Positions 1 through 12,017 are shown, counted from the first letter of the stretch. The stretch is DNA of 64,000 bases from Acidobacteriota bacterium (GCA_029263315.1 JAJCXR010000035.1:375-64374); one strand, 5' to 3'. Notes: a model not told the origin generated them from the letters alone. Numbers and translations are program-made.

Positions 1-108
1 CGGACGCACAAGCGTCTTCTCGACATCTACGATCCCACCAGTCACACGGTGGACGCGTTGATGAAGCTCGAGTTGCCGGCTGGCGTTGATGTTGAGATCA
101 AGCTCTAG
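1..108 (+). CDS. rpsJ: 30S ribosomal protein S10, 3' end (partial)
   Basis: Frame 1 reads RTHKRLLDI...[16 protein letters not shown], the S10 C-terminus, directly upstream of rplC. Confidence 0.95.
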   Translation, partial: RTHKRLLDIYDPTSHTVDALMKLELPAGVDVEIKL

Positions 109-118
109 GGAGTACCCG

Positions 119-748
119 ATGAAAGGTATCCTCGGGAAAAAGATCGGGATGACCCAAATCTTCGATGAAGATGGCAAGGTCGTACCCGTCACAGTAGTCA
201 AGGCGGGTCCTTGCCTGGTCATCCAGCGCAAGACCGCGGAAACGGATGGCTATGATGCCATTCAGTTGGGCATGGTCGAAGATCGACCGCCCCGCAAGGT
301 GACGCAGGCTCGGCAAGGTCACTTCGACAAGGCAGGCGTTCCGGCGATGCGGAAGCTCATGGAGTTTCGCGTCGAGAATGGTGAAGAGCTTTCCCCCGGC
401 GATCAAGTCGTGGCATCGGTCTTTGCCGAGGACGACTATGTCGATGTGATCGGCACCAGCAAGGGCAAGGGCTTTCAGGGTGTGATCAAGCGCCACGGCT
501 TCGGCGGTGGACGGGCGACGCACGGCTCGATGTTTCATCGTGCCCCGGGCTCCATCGGCCAGGCGTCTTATCCAGCCCGCGTGTTCCCCGGAGTCCGGTT
601 GCCCGGGCGAATGGGTGGCAAGCGGGTGACGGTGAAGAACCTCCAGATCGTCAAGGTCAACGAGGAAGAAAACCTGATCTATCTGCGTGGTGCAGTGCCG
701 GGAGCACGCAACAGTTATGTTGCGCTGCAGGCCGCCAAGCGTGGCTGA
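119..748 (+). CDS. rplC: 50S ribosomal protein L3
   Basis: [45 protein letters not shown]; start set at ATG 119. Confidence 0.98.
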   Translation: MKGILGKKIGMTQIFDEDGKVVPVTVVKAGPCLVIQRKTAETDGYDAIQLGMVEDRPPRKVTQARQGHFDKAGVPAMRKLMEFRVENGEELSPGDQVVASVFAEDDYVDVIGTSKGKGFQGVIKRHGFGGGRATHGSMFHRAPGSIGQASYPARVFPGVRLPGRMGGKRVTVKNLQIVKVNEEENLIYLRGAVPGARNSYVALQAAKRG

Positions 749-762
749 GAGGTGAGCCGAGC

Positions 763-1386
763 ATGAAGATCACAGTCAAAAATCTCCGCAATGAGGATGT
801 TGGGGAAGTCGAGGTGCCGGAAACGGTCTTTGACTATCCTTACAAGGAACATCTCATTCACACGGCGGTCAAGTCCTACCTCGCCGGTTTGCGTCGGGGT
901 ACTCACAAGACCAAGACGCGGGACGAGGTCGCTGGCTCGGGGCGCAAGCTCTGGCGCCAGAAAGGAACTGGCCGGGCCCGTGTCGGTAGCGTGCGCAGTC
1001 CGCTGTGGCGCTCCGGTGGCACAGTGCATGGTCCGAAACCACGGTCCTACGCCAACAAGCTCAGCGTGCGCGAAAAGAAGAACGCCCTCAAGTCGGCGCT
1101 TTCCCGCAAGCTGGCAGATGAACAGATCCTGATCTTGAGGGATCTGCATCTCGAATCACACAGGACGGTGGCTCTCATCGAGCAGCTGTCGGCTCTCGGA
1201 GCAGAGAGCAAGGCGCTGCTCGTCGATTCGCAGGACAACAACAACCTGCAATTGGCCTCTCGCAACAATCCGAAGCTCAAGGCCGTCGATGCTCTGGCCG
1301 TCAATGTCTACGATGTTGTCGACCGCGAGCACCTGATTCTCTCCGAGGCTGCCTTGAATACCCTCGTGGAGGTGCTGTCGAAATGA
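763..1386 (+). CDS. rplD: 50S ribosomal protein L4
   Basis: [40 protein letters not shown]. Confidence 0.98.
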   Translation: MKITVKNLRNEDVGEVEVPETVFDYPYKEHLIHTAVKSYLAGLRRGTHKTKTRDEVAGSGRKLWRQKGTGRARVGSVRSPLWRSGGTVHGPKPRSYANKLSVREKKNALKSALSRKLADEQILILRDLHLESHRTVALIEQLSALGAESKALLVDSQDNNNLQLASRNNPKLKAVDALAVNVYDVVDREHLILSEAALNTLVEVLSK

Positions 1387-1673
1387 GAGTTCAAGACATC
1401 ATTCGTCGGCCGTTGATCACGGAAAAGTCGACGCTGCAACGGGAGCTGGGCAATACCTACGGTTTCGAGGTCGCCATGAGCGCCAACAAAATCGAAATCC
1501 GTCGGGCGGTTGAGGCTCAATTCAAAGTCAAGGTTGCCGAGGTTCGGGTCTCCCGGGTCCACGGCAAGCTCCGACGCCAGGGTCGCTACTTCGGTCGCCG
1601 CCCCGATTGGAAGAAGGCTTGGGTCCGGTTGGCTGAAGGTGAGAAGTCGATCGAGTTCTTCGAAGGCATGTAA
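1383..1673 (+). CDS. rplW: 50S ribosomal protein L23
   Basis: [28 protein letters not shown]; operon position. Confidence 0.97.
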   Translation: MRVQDIIRRPLITEKSTLQRELGNTYGFEVAMSANKIEIRRAVEAQFKVKVAEVRVSRVHGKLRRQGRYFGRRPDWKKAWVRLAEGEKSIEFFEGM

Positions 1674-1694
1674 GGACGGAAGGGACGTAAGGTC

Positions 1695-2528
1695 ATGGCA
1701 GTCAAAACATTCAGGCCCACCAGCCCGGGAAGTCGATTCAAGACATCGGCCACTTTCGACGAGTTGACGCAAGGCAATAAGCCCGTCAAGAGCTTGGTCG
1801 AAGGTAAGAAGCGGATCGGTGGTCGCAATAACAAAGGCCAGCAGACAATCTGGTTTCGCGGTGGTGGCCACAAGCGTCGCTATCGCAAGATCGATTTTCG
1901 GCGCCACGACAAGGTCGGGATTCCGGCCAAGGTCGCCAGCGTCGAATACGATCCCAACCGCACGGCACGCATCGCCTTGCTGAACTATGCCGACGGCGAG
2001 AAGCGTTACATCCTCTGGCCGGAAGGGCTCGCAGTCGGCACCACGGTGCAGGCGGGACCGGAAGCAGAGATCAATTCGGGCAATGCACTGCCGCTGCGCA
2101 GCATCCCCTTGGGTACCGTCATTCACAACGTCGAGCTCAAGATCGGTAAGGGTGGTCAGATGGTTCGCACCGCCGGGGCATCGGCTCAGCTGATGGCCAA
2201 AGATGGCGACTATGCACAGGTCAAGCTGCCCTCCGGCGAAGTTCGCCGGGTGCACCTGGAGTGCTACGCCACCGTCGGTCAGATCGGTAACTCAGAGCAC
2301 GGGGTCTTGTCCCTCGGCAAGGCTGGGCGCAATCGCTGGCTCGGTCGTCGTCCGCACAACCGCGGCGTGGTAATGAACCCGGTCGATCATCCGATGGGTG
2401 GTGGTGAAGGGCGCTCTTCGGGCGGTCGGCATCCTTGTACCCCCTGGGGCGTACCGACCAAGGGTTACAAGACTCGGAACAACAAACGTACCGATCGCAT
2501 GATTGTGCGGCGGCGCAACAAGCGCTAA
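1695..2528 (+). CDS. rplB: 50S ribosomal protein L2
   Basis: [39 protein letters not shown]. Confidence 0.99.
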   Translation: MAVKTFRPTSPGSRFKTSATFDELTQGNKPVKSLVEGKKRIGGRNNKGQQTIWFRGGGHKRRYRKIDFRRHDKVGIPAKVASVEYDPNRTARIALLNYADGEKRYILWPEGLAVGTTVQAGPEAEINSGNALPLRSIPLGTVIHNVELKIGKGGQMVRTAGASAQLMAKDGDYAQVKLPSGEVRRVHLECYATVGQIGNSEHGVLSLGKAGRNRWLGRRPHNRGVVMNPVDHPMGGGEGRSSGGRHPCTPWGVPTKGYKTRNNKRTDRMIVRRRNKR

Positions 2529-2540
2529 GGGAGCGGTTTC

Positions 2541-2825
2541 ATGGCGAGGTCACTCAAAAAAGGCTTTTTCGTTGACGAGTCGCTGCTCGAGAAGGTTGAT
2601 CGTATGGAGAGCAGCGGCACCAAGCGTGTGATCAAGACGTGGTCACGCCGTTCGACGGTGATTCCCGATATGGTCGGGCACACCATCGCGGTGCACAATG
2701 GCTCGAAGTTCATCCCCGTCTACATCAGCGAGAACATGGTTGGGCACAAGCTCGGCGAATTCGCAATGACCCGCACTTTTCGCGGCCATTCTGGCAAAAA
2801 AGAAAAGATGGCCGGGCGGCGCTAA
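2541..2825 (+). CDS. rpsS: 30S ribosomal protein S19
   Basis: [29 protein letters not shown]. Confidence 0.98.
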   Translation: MARSLKKGFFVDESLLEKVDRMESSGTKRVIKTWSRRSTVIPDMVGHTIAVHNGSKFIPVYISENMVGHKLGEFAMTRTFRGHSGKKEKMAGRR

Positions 2826-2839
2826 GAGGAGACGAGGCG

Positions 2840-3205
2840 ATGGAAGTAACAGCAAGGCTGCGCCACCTGCAAGGCTCCCCGCAGAAGATGCGCTTGGTGG
2901 CGGATCTGATCCGGGGGGTCGATGTCGAGGAAGCAGCGACGGTGCTCAAGCACACCCACAAGCGGGCCGCAGGTCCGCTGGAGAAGCTGCTCAAATCTGC
3001 GGTGGCCAACGCCGAGAATTTGCATGACGACGTGGACATTGATCGTCTCTACGTCAAGGAAATCTTTGTCGACGGTGGACCGGTGCTCAAACGAGTCTGG
3101 TTCACCACCATGGGCCGCGCCTACCGCAAGGTGAAGCGCCAGAGCCACGTAACCATCAAGCTCGGAACCCGTGCAGCGGACGACGAGAACCGGAGAAGGA
3201 GCTAG
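2840..3205 (+). CDS. rplV: 50S ribosomal protein L22
   Basis: [31 protein letters not shown]; ATG 2840 after GAGG. Confidence 0.97.
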   Translation: MEVTARLRHLQGSPQKMRLVADLIRGVDVEEAATVLKHTHKRAAGPLEKLLKSAVANAENLHDDVDIDRLYVKEIFVDGGPVLKRVWFTTMGRAYRKVKRQSHVTIKLGTRAADDENRRRS

Positions 3206-3209
3206 GGCA

Positions 3210-3860
3210 TTGGGACAGAAGACGCATCCTTACGGCTTTCGCTTGTCCTACAACAAGACGTGGCACTCGCGGTGGTATGCCGACAGTGACTATGCCGACA
3301 CGCTGCATCAGGATCTCACCCTGCGCAGCCGCTTGAAAAAGCGGCTTTCACACGCCGGAGTGAGTGAGATCGACATCGAGCGGGCGGCTGATCGTTTGCG
3401 GGTCACCATCTACACCTCACGCCCCGGCATCATCATCGGTCGCAAGGGCACAGAGGTGGACAAACTTCGGGACGACCTGCGCAAGATGACCGGGCGCGAA
3501 GTCCACATCAACATCCAAGAAATCCAGCGTCCAGAGCTCGATGCCCAGTTGGTGGCATTCTCCATCGCCGGACAACTCGAGCGCCGGGTCTCCTTCCGTC
3601 GAGTGATGAAGAAATCGATGGAATCGGCCTTCCGTTTTGGTGCCAAAGGTGTCAAAATCATGATTTCCGGCCGCCTTGGTGGCGCCGAGATCGCCCGGCG
3701 CGAGTGGTACCAAGAAGGGCGGCTCCCGCTCCATACTCTCAAAGCAGATATCGACTACGGATTCGCAGAGGCGCGCACGACCTATGGCGTGATCGGCGTC
3801 AAAGTGTGGGTCTACAAGGGAGATCTGCTCAAGGAAAAAGCCCGCAGAGCGGGCGCATAA
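3210..3860 (+). CDS. rpsC: 30S ribosomal protein S3
   Basis: TTG start, [46 protein letters not shown]. Confidence 0.98.
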   Translation: MGQKTHPYGFRLSYNKTWHSRWYADSDYADTLHQDLTLRSRLKKRLSHAGVSEIDIERAADRLRVTIYTSRPGIIIGRKGTEVDKLRDDLRKMTGREVHINIQEIQRPELDAQLVAFSIAGQLERRVSFRRVMKKSMESAFRFGAKGVKIMISGRLGGAEIARREWYQEGRLPLHTLKADIDYGFAEARTTYGVIGVKVWVYKGDLLKEKARRAGA

Positions 3861-3875
3861 TCGAGGGCCATTGCC

Positions 3876-4295
3876 ATGTTGATGCCCAAGAAAGTCAAAC
3901 ACAGAAAGCACCATCGGGGTCGTAAACCCGGACGTGCCAAAGGCGGAGATTATCTCGCCTTCGGCGACTACGGACTGCAAGCCCTCGAAGCAGGCTGGAT
4001 CACCTCACGGCAGATCGAGTCGGCTCGTATCGCCATCACGCGACACATCAAGCGCGGCGGTAAGGTGTGGATCCGAATATTCCCGGACAAGCCGGTGACC
4101 AAGAAGCCCCTCGAAACCCGTATGGGTAAGGGCAAAGGGCCACCGGAAGGTTGGGTTGCGGTAGTCAAACCCGGTCGAGTTCTTTACGAGCTCGAGGGTG
4201 TGAGTGTCGAGCTGGCTGAAGAAGCGATGCGACTCGCATCGCACAAACTCGGGATCAAGACCCGATTCATTCAGCGAGCTGGCTCGCATACCTGA
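3876..4295 (+). CDS. rplP: 50S ribosomal protein L16
   Basis: [32 protein letters not shown]. Confidence 0.98.
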   Translation: MLMPKKVKHRKHHRGRKPGRAKGGDYLAFGDYGLQALEAGWITSRQIESARIAITRHIKRGGKVWIRIFPDKPVTKKPLETRMGKGKGPPEGWVAVVKPGRVLYELEGVSVELAEEAMRLASHKLGIKTRFIQRAGSHT

Positions 4296-4308
4296 GGAGA
4301 GAAGCGCG

Positions 4309-4500
4309 ATGAAAGCCTCTGAATTACGCGAATCGACTCTCGAAGAGCTCAAGGACAAAGAGGTCGAGTTGTCCCAACAGCTCTTCAATCTTCGTCTGCA
4401 GATTGTGACGGGCCAGCTGGAAAATCCGAGCAAGGTCAAGGTGGCGAAGCGAGATCTCGCCAGAGTTCTGACCGTCATGCGCGAAAAGGAAGTGCAGTAG
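4309..4500 (+). CDS. rpmC: 50S ribosomal protein L29
   Basis: MKASELRE...LFNLRLQ...KRDLARVLTV. Confidence 0.96.
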   Translation: MKASELRESTLEELKDKEVELSQQLFNLRLQIVTGQLENPSKVKVAKRDLARVLTVMREKEVQ

Positions 4501-4595
4501 CCCATCCTGACGGTACTGCGTAGACGGCACAGCAAGCTCAAACTGAGACAGGCTCATGAGATGGCCCGCATCTGAGACGGGCAGGAGTTGGTGAG

Positions 4596-4868
4596 ATGGC
4601 GGAAACGTCGAGCAACAGCGAAAGTCACCGTCAGATTCTGCAAGGAATCGTGGTCGGCGACAAGATGGACAAGACAATCACGGTGGAGGTCGAGCGGACG
4701 GTCATGCACCAGCTCTACCAACGCTATATGAAGCGCAACAAGAAGTTTGCCGCGCACGATGAGAACAACGATTGTCAGGTCGGGGACCGCGTGGTCATCG
4801 TCGCCTGCCGTCCGTTGTCGAAGCGTAAGCGGTGGCGCGTGCAAGAGATCCTGGCACGGGCGAAATGA
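4596..4868 (+). CDS. rpsQ: 30S ribosomal protein S17
   Basis: GIVVGDKMDKTITV, AHDENN, CRPLSKRKRW. Confidence 0.97.
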   Translation: MAETSSNSESHRQILQGIVVGDKMDKTITVEVERTVMHQLYQRYMKRNKKFAAHDENNDCQVGDRVVIVACRPLSKRKRWRVQEILARAK

Positions 4869-4878
4869 GGGTTGAGCG

Positions 4879-5247
4879 ATGATTCAGATGGGAACAATTC
4901 TGGACGTGGCGGACAACTCCGGCGCTAAAAAAATCGGTTGCATCACCATTATTGGTGGGTCCACCGGTAAGTATGGAGGCCTCGGCGACATCGTCACCGC
5001 GTCGGTGAAAGAAGCTCTTCCTGACGGCACCGTCAAGAAGGGGCAGGTCGTCAGGGCGGTCATCGTCCGTACCAAGAAGGCCTACCGTCGCAAGGACGGT
5101 AGCTACATTCGATTTGATACAAATTCGGCCGTGTTGATCAACGATCAGCGAGAGCCAGTCGGGACCCGTGTTTTTGGCCCCGTGGCCCGCGAGCTGCGCG
5201 AGAAGCAGTTCATGAAGATCGTGTCCCTGGCTCCCGAGGTCCTTTGA
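4879..5247 (+). CDS. rplN: 50S ribosomal protein L14
   Basis: [40 protein letters not shown]. Confidence 0.99.
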   Translation: MIQMGTILDVADNSGAKKIGCITIIGGSTGKYGGLGDIVTASVKEALPDGTVKKGQVVRAVIVRTKKAYRRKDGSYIRFDTNSAVLINDQREPVGTRVFGPVARELREKQFMKIVSLAPEVL

Positions 5248-5274
5248 GACCTGCGGCAACTTGAGGTGAAGGCG

Positions 5275-5619
5275 ATGCCAAAACCGAAGAACAAACAGCA
5301 GAAGCTGCACGTCAAGAAAGGCGACGAGGTCGTCGTTCTTTCGGGGCGTGACCGCGGTGTGCGAGGCAAGGTGCTGCGCGTTCTCCGTTCCAAGGGGACG
5401 GCGATCGTCGAACGCATCAATCTTGTCAAGAAGCACACCCGTCCGAATCCGCAGCGGCAGATCCAGGGTGGAGTCCTCGAGCGTGAGGCCCCCATCTCGG
5501 TCGCCAAGTTGCAAGTCATCTGTCCGGAGAGCGGCAAGCCGACCCGTATCGGTCGCCGTCGCCTCGAAGACGGACGCAGCGTTCGCGTGGCCAAAAAGTC
5601 CGGCGCGACGTTGAACTAG
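5275..5619 (+). CDS. rplX: 50S ribosomal protein L24
   Basis: VKKGDEVVVLSGRDRG, REAPISVAK; start at 5275 or GTG 5266. Confidence 0.96.
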   Translation: MPKPKNKQQKLHVKKGDEVVVLSGRDRGVRGKVLRVLRSKGTAIVERINLVKKHTRPNPQRQIQGGVLEREAPISVAKLQVICPESGKPTRIGRRRLEDGRSVRVAKKSGATLN

Positions 5620-5632
5620 GAGCGGTTCTTAG

Positions 5633-6214
5633 ATGGCAAAGAAGAAAGAAGCAGGGCAGAACGGCGGATACGTGCCGCGCCTCAAGACCCGTTATCGGGA
5701 AGAGGTCGTCTCGAAGCTGCAAAAGGAATTCGACATCGACAATGTGATGGCGGTTCCGCGCATCGAGAAGATTTCCCTCAACGTGGGCTTGGGCGAGGCG
5801 AGTCGCAACTTCAAGTTGCTCGAGGCAGCTCAACTGGAGCTGTCGGATATCGCCGGCCAGCACGCCACCATCACACGTGCCAAGAAATCCATTGCCGCCT
5901 TCAAGCTACGTGAAGGGACGCCGATCGGCTGTCGCGTCACGTTGCGGGGTGATCGTATGTGGAATTTTCTGGACCGTTTGATCAGCGCAGCCCTGCCGCG
6001 CGTACGCGATTTCCGAGGTGTGTCGGGCAAGAGTTTCGATGGGCGTGGTAACTACACCCTCGGCATTCGTGAGCACGTCATCTTTCCGGAAGTCGACACC
6101 AACAAGATCGAGGGTACGAAGGGGCTCAATATCACCATCGTCACCTCTGGCAGCAATGATGAGCGCAGTCTTTTCATGCTGCGAGAGCTCGGTATGCCCT
6201 TCGCGGCGAGATGA
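5633..6214 (+). CDS. rplE: 50S ribosomal protein L5
   Basis: [32 protein letters not shown]. Confidence 0.98.
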   Translation: MAKKKEAGQNGGYVPRLKTRYREEVVSKLQKEFDIDNVMAVPRIEKISLNVGLGEASRNFKLLEAAQLELSDIAGQHATITRAKKSIAAFKLREGTPIGCRVTLRGDRMWNFLDRLISAALPRVRDFRGVSGKSFDGRGNYTLGIREHVIFPEVDTNKIEGTKGLNITIVTSGSNDERSLFMLRELGMPFAAR

Positions 6215-6259
6215 GTGAAGGAACGGAACGTCTCACTGAGGCGACGACGGAGGTAATCT

Positions 6260-6445
6260 GTGGCTACTAAAGCAAAAATTGCAAAGACTCGCATTCGACC
6301 CAAGTTCAAGGTGCGCGCCAAGAATCGTTGTAAGCGGTGCGGTCGACCGCGGGCCTTCATGCGCAAGTTCGGCTTGTGTCGTATCTGCTTCCGGCAGCTA
6401 GCCCTTCAGGGTTATCTGCCTGGAGTGATCAAGGCCAGCTGGTGA
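6260..6445 (+). CDS. rpsZ: 30S ribosomal protein S14, zinc-binding type Z (61 aa)
   Basis: RCKRCGRPR...GLCRICFR, two CxxC pairs, ending LPGVIKASW. Confidence 0.97.
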   Translation: MATKAKIAKTRIRPKFKVRAKNRCKRCGRPRAFMRKFGLCRICFRQLALQGYLPGVIKASW

Positions 6446-6554
6446 GCCCACTGACTCAAGGGCTGTCGTCAAGGTATCGCAAAGTGCGGTGTCTGGGACG
6501 GGTGCCTGGCTTGGAATTGCACGAGAAGCACTGCGGAGCACGGGAGAGAACAAG

Positions 6555-6953
6555 ATGAGCATGACGGACCCGATTGCGGATTTCCTCACACGGATTCGCA
6601 ACGCGTTGATGGCAAAGCACGACCGTTTGGATGTGCCGGCTTCGAAGCTCAAGACGAACATTTCTACCCTCCTCAAACAGGAGGGGTTCATCGAAGACTA
6701 CGAGGTCATCGAAGAGAAGCCGCAGAGCACCTTGCGTGTCTACCTGCGATACAGCGATGAGGGCGTGCCGGCGATTCGCCGTCTGGCCAGGGTGAGCAAG
6801 CCCGGTCGACGGATCTATCGTGGCGCCGACGAGATCAAGCCGGTGCTCAGCGGTCTGGGTGTCTACATCGTCTCGACCTCGAAAGGGCTGCTCACCGATC
6901 GCCAAGCGCGTGAGGCGCGTATCGGCGGCGAGATTCTGTGCGAGCTCTGGTAG
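6555..6953 (+). CDS. rpsH: 30S ribosomal protein S8
   Basis: MTDPIADFLTRIRNA, SKPGRRIY, STSKGLLTD. Confidence 0.98.
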   Translation: MSMTDPIADFLTRIRNALMAKHDRLDVPASKLKTNISTLLKQEGFIEDYEVIEEKPQSTLRVYLRYSDEGVPAIRRLARVSKPGRRIYRGADEIKPVLSGLGVYIVSTSKGLLTDRQAREARIGGEILCELW

Positions 6954-6994
6954 GCGAGCCCGCCCAGGCACCATGCACTTAGAGGATTTTCGAT

Positions 6995-7534
6995 ATGTCG
7001 CGCATAGGTAAACAGCCAATCACCATCCCCAAGGGGACAACCGTGGAGATCAAGGACAATGTCCTGGTCGCCAAGGGTCCCAAGGGACGTGTCGAGCAGA
7101 AGCTGGCGGCGGAGTGCCCGGCCACCATCGAGGACGGTGTCATCACCGTTGCTCGGGCCAATGACTCCGGGCCTTCCAAGGCCCTGCACGGTCTCTATCG
7201 CTCGTTGATCAACAATGCCGTCGTCGGTGTCACGGAAGGCTTCCGCAAGGAGCTGGAGATCGTCGGCGTCGGCTATCGCGGAGAGATCAAGGGTAAAGAG
7301 ATCCATTTTGCCCTCGGCTACTCTCACCCGATCGTCTTTCCGATTCCCGATGGGGTCGCGGCGGAGATCGATCGCAACAACAAGATCACCCTCGATGGGG
7401 CCGATCGACAGCTGGTCGGTCAGGTTGCCGCCAACATTCGTAATCTGCGCCCGCCAGATCCCTACAAGGCGAAGGGCATTCGATATAGCGGTGAGCACAT
7501 CCGTCGTAAAGAAGGTAAGGCCGGCGGCCGCTAG
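6995..7534 (+). CDS. rplF: 50S ribosomal protein L6
   Basis: [28 protein letters not shown]. Confidence 0.98.
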   Translation: MSRIGKQPITIPKGTTVEIKDNVLVAKGPKGRVEQKLAAECPATIEDGVITVARANDSGPSKALHGLYRSLINNAVVGVTEGFRKELEIVGVGYRGEIKGKEIHFALGYSHPIVFPIPDGVAAEIDRNNKITLDGADRQLVGQVAANIRNLRPPDPYKAKGIRYSGEHIRRKEGKAGGR

Positions 7535-7548
7535 GGAGAGGGAAAACG

Positions 7549-7935
7549 ATGAACGAGTTCCACAGCAAGAAGATGCGCGGCAAGCAGAAGCGGCACAAGC
7601 GGGCCCAGCTGCGCATTCGGCGAAAAGTTCAGGGTACCACCGAGCGTCCGAGGCTCTGTGTGTACAAGAGCTTGCGCTTTATCTACGCGCAGGTGATCGA
7701 CGATTCCACAGGCCGGACTCTAGTGCAGGCGAACTCCAAGGAGGCCGACGTGCTGAGCGGTCTCGAGTCGTCGGCCGGTGGCTGCGAGGCCGCCAAGGCG
7801 GTGGGAGCGTTGGTGGCCGAACGGGCCAAAGAAAAGGGCGTCGAGCAGGTGGTCTTCGACCGTGGTGGGTTTCTCTACCACGGCAAGGTGAAGTGCCTCG
7901 CCGAGGCTGCGAGAGAAAAAGGGCTGGTCTTCTGA
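7549..7935 (+). CDS. rplR: 50S ribosomal protein L18
   Basis: [23 protein letters not shown]. Confidence 0.97.
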   Translation: MNEFHSKKMRGKQKRHKRAQLRIRRKVQGTTERPRLCVYKSLRFIYAQVIDDSTGRTLVQANSKEADVLSGLESSAGGCEAAKAVGALVAERAKEKGVEQVVFDRGGFLYHGKVKCLAEAAREKGLVF

Positions 7936-8022
7936 GACTAGCTACCGAACGACGAATCAAGACGGAGAGCCGACTCTCGGATACTCCGAGAGTGCGGACA
8001 ACAGGGGTTAAGGAGAAGGCAA

Positions 8023-8595
8023 GTGGCTAGGGATTTCGAACGGGAACCCGAGTTCATCGAACAGGTCGTCCACATCAACCGCGTGACCAAAGTCGTCAAG
8101 GGCGGTAAGAACTTCTCCTTCTCCGCTCTGGTGGTTATCGGTGACGGTGCCGGTCGCGTCGGATACGGATCCGGCAAGGCCAAGGAAGTTCCGAGCGCCA
8201 TTCGCAAGGGGATTGAGGTTGCCAAGCGCAGCATGGTGGAGGTTCCACTAGAAGGAACGACCATTCCCCACGCAGTTACCGGAGTCTTCGGTGCGGGCCG
8301 CGTGCTCTTGAAGCCCGCTTCCCCCGGTACCGGCGTCATCGCCGGCGGCGCGGTGCGAGCGGTTGTCGAAGCGGCGGGCATCCAAGACATTTTGACCAAA
8401 TCTCTCGGAACCACCAACCCGCAGAACGTCGTCAAGGCCACGTTCGAAGGGTTGTTGTACTTGCGGAACGCCAGTGCTATCAACGCACTGCGCGGCTTCA
8501 AAGGGACCGAGGGTAACGAGGAGCCTTACGTCGAGGCGGCGTCAACCGAAGCAACTTCGGCTGATGGCGCCAAGACCGAAGCCGCTTCCGTCTGA
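8023..8595 (+). CDS. rpsE: 30S ribosomal protein S5 (acidic C-terminal tail)
   Basis: [34 protein letters not shown]; GTG start after AGGAG. Confidence 0.98.
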   Translation: MARDFEREPEFIEQVVHINRVTKVVKGGKNFSFSALVVIGDGAGRVGYGSGKAKEVPSAIRKGIEVAKRSMVEVPLEGTTIPHAVTGVFGAGRVLLKPASPGTGVIAGGAVRAVVEAAGIQDILTKSLGTTNPQNVVKATFEGLLYLRNASAINALRGFKGTEGNEEPYVEAASTEATSADGAKTEAASV

Positions 8596-8615
8596 GGAAG
8601 CGCGGGGGAAGAGAG

Positions 8616-8813
8616 ATGGCGAATAAGACAAAGACGATCAAGGTCGAGCAATACAAAAGTCCGATCGGCTATTCCAAGAAGCAGCGCGAAGTGCTGCGTA
8701 GTCTCGGCCTGCGGCGCATCCGCCATGTGGTCGAGCGGCAGGACACTCCAGCGGTCCGTGGAATGGTCAACAAAATCTCCCATCTCGTGCGGATCGTCGA
8801 GGAGGCGTCATGA
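8616..8813 (+). CDS. rpmD: 50S ribosomal protein L30
   Basis: KSPIG...[10 protein letters not shown]...[16 protein letters not shown]. Confidence 0.97.
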   Translation: MANKTKTIKVEQYKSPIGYSKKQREVLRSLGLRRIRHVVERQDTPAVRGMVNKISHLVRIVEEAS

Positions 8814-9244
8814 AACTTCACGAACTATCGCCGGCTAAGGGTAGCAACAAGGCGAAGAAGCGTGTGGGTCGCGGACCCGGTTCCGGTACCGGCAAGACGG
8901 CGGGCCGTGGTCACAAGGGCCAGCGCTCCCGTGCGGGCTTTAGCCAGCGGATCGGCTTCGAAGGTGGCCAGATGCCACTCATTCGTCGTGTTCCCAAGCG
9001 TGGCTTCACCAACATCTTTCGCCAGGAAATTGCCGTCGTCAACGTCGGTGATCTTTCCGGGCTCGAGGGCGATGTGACGCCGGAGATGCTGGTTGCCCAG
9101 GGCCTGGTACGTAACGGCCTGCCGGTCAAGGTGCTCGGTGACGGAGAGCTGGCTGTCAAGTTGACGGTCAAGGCTCACCGGTTCAGCAAATCAGCCCGTC
9201 AGAAGATCGAGGCGGCGGGCGGGAGCTGCGAGGAGTTGGGCTAG
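8810..9244 (+). CDS. rplO: 50S ribosomal protein L15
   Basis: [30 protein letters not shown]. Confidence 0.98.
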   Translation: MKLHELSPAKGSNKAKKRVGRGPGSGTGKTAGRGHKGQRSRAGFSQRIGFEGGQMPLIRRVPKRGFTNIFRQEIAVVNVGDLSGLEGDVTPEMLVAQGLVRNGLPVKVLGDGELAVKLTVKAHRFSKSARQKIEAAGGSCEELG

Positions 9245-10626
9245 TGCTGAGCGAGAGCTTCCGCAACATCTTCGCGATCCCGGATCTGCGCAAGCGAATC
9301 ATGTTTACATTCGCCTTGCTGGCGGTCTACCGGATCGGCTGCATCATCCCGACGCCCGGCGTGGATCCTTCAGTTCTACTGGAGATCATCGAGTCGGCCC
9401 GTAATACGATGCTCGGTTTCGTCAATACCTTCACCGGAGGTAGCCTGGAACGGGCGGCGATTTTTGCCCTCGGCATCATGCCGTACATCACATCGTCGAT
9501 CATCCTGCAACTGCTGACGGTGGTCTGGCCTTACCTCGAGAAACTGTCCAAAGAGGGCGAGCTCGGGCGGCGCAAGATCACCCAGTACACGCGGTACGGC
9601 ACCTTGGTGGTCTCGATCATCCAGTCGACCGGTATCGCGGTGGGCATTCAGAACGTGACTTCTCCAGGTGGAGCACCTTTGGTGACCCATCCTGGAGTCG
9701 GTTTCGTTTTGCTGACCGTCATCACCTTGACGGCCGGTTGTGCTTTTGTCATGTGGTTGGGTGAGCAGATCAGTGAGCGGGGCATCGGTAACGGTATCTC
9801 GTTGATCATCTTCGCCGGCATCGTCATCGGTCTGCCCGGCGCCATCGGCAGCACCTACACGAAGATCGAAAGCGGAAGCCTCAATGCCTTGGTGGTCATC
9901 ATCCTGATCGCCTTCATGGTGCTCGTCACCGCCTTCATCGTCTACATGGAAAAGGCGCAGCGCCGCATTCCCGTGCAGTACGCCAAGCGGGTCGTGGGTC
10001 GTAAGGTCTACGGTGGGCAAAACACCTACTTGCCGCTCCGGGTCAACACCGGTGGCGTGATTCCGGTGATTTTCGCCAGCTCGGTGGTCATGGTGCCACC
10101 GACCATCGCCGGCCTCTTCGAGGCAGAGTTTCTACAGAACGTCGCCACGGCCATCAGCTGGGGCAAGCCGATCTACTACTTGATCTACGTCTTCACCATC
10201 ATTTTCTTCTGTTACTTCTACGTGTCGATTATCTTCAATCCGCAAGATACGGCCGAGAACATGAGGAAGTATGGCGGTTTCATCCCGGGCATCCGCTCAG
10301 GACGCCGGACGGCCGAGTACATCGATCGCATTCTGACCCGCTTGACGTTGATCGGTGCGATATACCTGGCGGCGGTTTCCGTCCTGCCGGAGCTCATGCT
10401 GTTCGGATTTCAAGTCGACGCCATTCCTTTCATCGGTGAGGCGCTGGACCCCTATACGCCGAAGTTCATCTCACAAGGTCTCGGCATCGACTTCTACTTC
10501 GGTGGCACCTCGCTGCTGATCATCGTCGGTGTGGCGATGGATTTTGTGCAGCAGGTCGAGAGCCAACTGGTCATGCGGAATTACGATGGGTTCCTCAAGA
10601 AGGGCCGGGTTCGTGGCCGCCGCTAA
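9244..10626 (+). CDS. secY: Preprotein translocase subunit SecY
   Basis: FALGIMPYITSSII, WLGEQISERGIGNGISLIIFAGI, GFIPGIRSG, FGGTSLLIIVGV. Confidence 0.99.
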   Translation: MLSESFRNIFAIPDLRKRIMFTFALLAVYRIGCIIPTPGVDPSVLLEIIESARNTMLGFVNTFTGGSLERAAIFALGIMPYITSSIILQLLTVVWPYLEKLSKEGELGRRKITQYTRYGTLVVSIIQSTGIAVGIQNVTSPGGAPLVTHPGVGFVLLTVITLTAGCAFVMWLGEQISERGIGNGISLIIFAGIVIGLPGAIGSTYTKIESGSLNALVVIILIAFMVLVTAFIVYMEKAQRRIPVQYAKRVVGRKVYGGQNTYLPLRVNTGGVIPVIFASSVVMVPPTIAGLFEAEFLQNVATAISWGKPIYYLIYVFTIIFFCYFYVSIIFNPQDTAENMRKYGGFIPGIRSGRRTAEYIDRILTRLTLIGAIYLAAVSVLPELMLFGFQVDAIPFIGEALDPYTPKFISQGLGIDFYFGGTSLLIIVGVAMDFVQQVESQLVMRNYDGFLKKGRVRGRR

Positions 10627-11185
10627 GCGCATCGTCTTTCTGGGTCCCCCGAACTCCGGTAAGGGGACGCAGGCCGCAGGCCTGGCCGAGGAATTGGCTA
10701 TCCCCGCCATCTCCACCGGTGATATGCTGCGCCAGTCTGTGGCTGAGGGCAGCGCCCTTGGACGGCGGGTCGAAGGTGTCATGGCCCGCGGCGAGCTGGT
10801 CGACGACGACCTGATGGCCGATGTCGTCCGCCAGCGCTTGGCCAAGCCGGACGCCCAAAAGGGCTTCCTGCTGGATGGCTATCCTCGGACGCAAGCTCAG
10901 GCCGCGACGCTCAACGGGATCCTCGAGGAAACAGGCAGCGTTCTCGATCACACCGTGTTGATCGATGCACCTGAAGACGTCCTCGTAGCACGTGCCTTGG
11001 GCCGTGGACGGGTCGATGACCAAGAGGATGTGGTGCGGGAACGGCTTCGTCTCTATCGCGAAAAGACGGAGCCTTTGAATACATACTACGACTCTCAAGG
11101 TCTGCTGCGCCGTATCGACGGCGATCAAGGCGTCGACGAGGTTGCAGCGGCCATCCGGGCGGCGGTAGGAGCTGCAGCGGAATGA
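10613..11185 (+). CDS. adk: Adenylate kinase (short LID)
   Basis: IVFLGPPNSGKGTQA, ISTGDMLR, FLLDGYPRT; likely GTG start overlapping the secY end. Confidence 0.95.
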   Translation: MAAAKRIVFLGPPNSGKGTQAAGLAEELAIPAISTGDMLRQSVAEGSALGRRVEGVMARGELVDDDLMADVVRQRLAKPDAQKGFLLDGYPRTQAQAATLNGILEETGSVLDHTVLIDAPEDVLVARALGRGRVDDQEDVVRERLRLYREKTEPLNTYYDSQGLLRRIDGDQGVDEVAAAIRAAVGAAAE

Positions 11186-11982
11186 TCATTCTCAAGACCC
11201 CCGGCGAGCTCGACTTGATGGACGAGGCCAACGCCATCGTCCAACGGGTTCTCGATGGTATCGACGAGCGCGTCGCTCCGGGAGTCACCACCGCCGAGCT
11301 GGACAGCTGGGCGGAGGCAATCATCAGAGAGGCGGGAGCTGTCCCCGCTTTTCTCAACTACAAGGGATTCCCGGCAACGTTGTGCACGGCGCTCAACGAC
11401 GTCATCGTTCACGGAATCCCAGACAGCCGCCCCCTCGAAGCCGGCGATATCATCGGTTTTGACTGCGGGGTGATCTACAAAGGTTACTATGGGGATTCGG
11501 CGCGGACTTATGCCGTCGGTGAGGTGGCAGAAGGCGCTGCGACCCTGATGCGCGTGACGCGGGAGTCGCTCGAGTTGGCAGTGCAGCAGGTTCGACCTGG
11601 CAGTCGGCTCGGTGATATCGGTCATGCGGTTCAGAGTCATGTCGAGAAGCATGGCTTTTCGGTCGTCCGTCAGTTTGTCGGACACGGGGTGGGAACTTCG
11701 CTGCACGAGGATCCCCAGGTACCGAATTTTGGACGACCCGGCCGCGGATTGCGCCTCAAGCCGGGCATGGTGTTGGCCATCGAGCCGATGGTCAATTCCC
11801 GCTCAGACAAGGTGAGCATGGACGCGGACGGCTGGACCGCCCGTACCAAGGACGGCGGTCTCTCGGCTCATTTCGAGTACTCGGTGGCGGTGACCTCAGA
11901 AGGCCCACGCATCTTGGGTGTTGCCCCTGAGGTCCAGACCAGAATCGCCGATGTAGAGTGCCTTGCGACGAGTGTGAGCTGA
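11182..11982 (+). CDS. map: Type I methionine aminopeptidase
   Basis: [25 protein letters not shown]...LHEDP, IEPMV, SAHFEYS. Confidence 0.97.
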   Translation: MIILKTPGELDLMDEANAIVQRVLDGIDERVAPGVTTAELDSWAEAIIREAGAVPAFLNYKGFPATLCTALNDVIVHGIPDSRPLEAGDIIGFDCGVIYKGYYGDSARTYAVGEVAEGAATLMRVTRESLELAVQQVRPGSRLGDIGHAVQSHVEKHGFSVVRQFVGHGVGTSLHEDPQVPNFGRPGRGLRLKPGMVLAIEPMVNSRSDKVSMDADGWTARTKDGGLSAHFEYSVAVTSEGPRILGVAPEVQTRIADVECLATSVS

Positions 11983-12017
11983 GTGAATCAAGAACGACGA
12001 CGGAACGGGGTAGAGTC

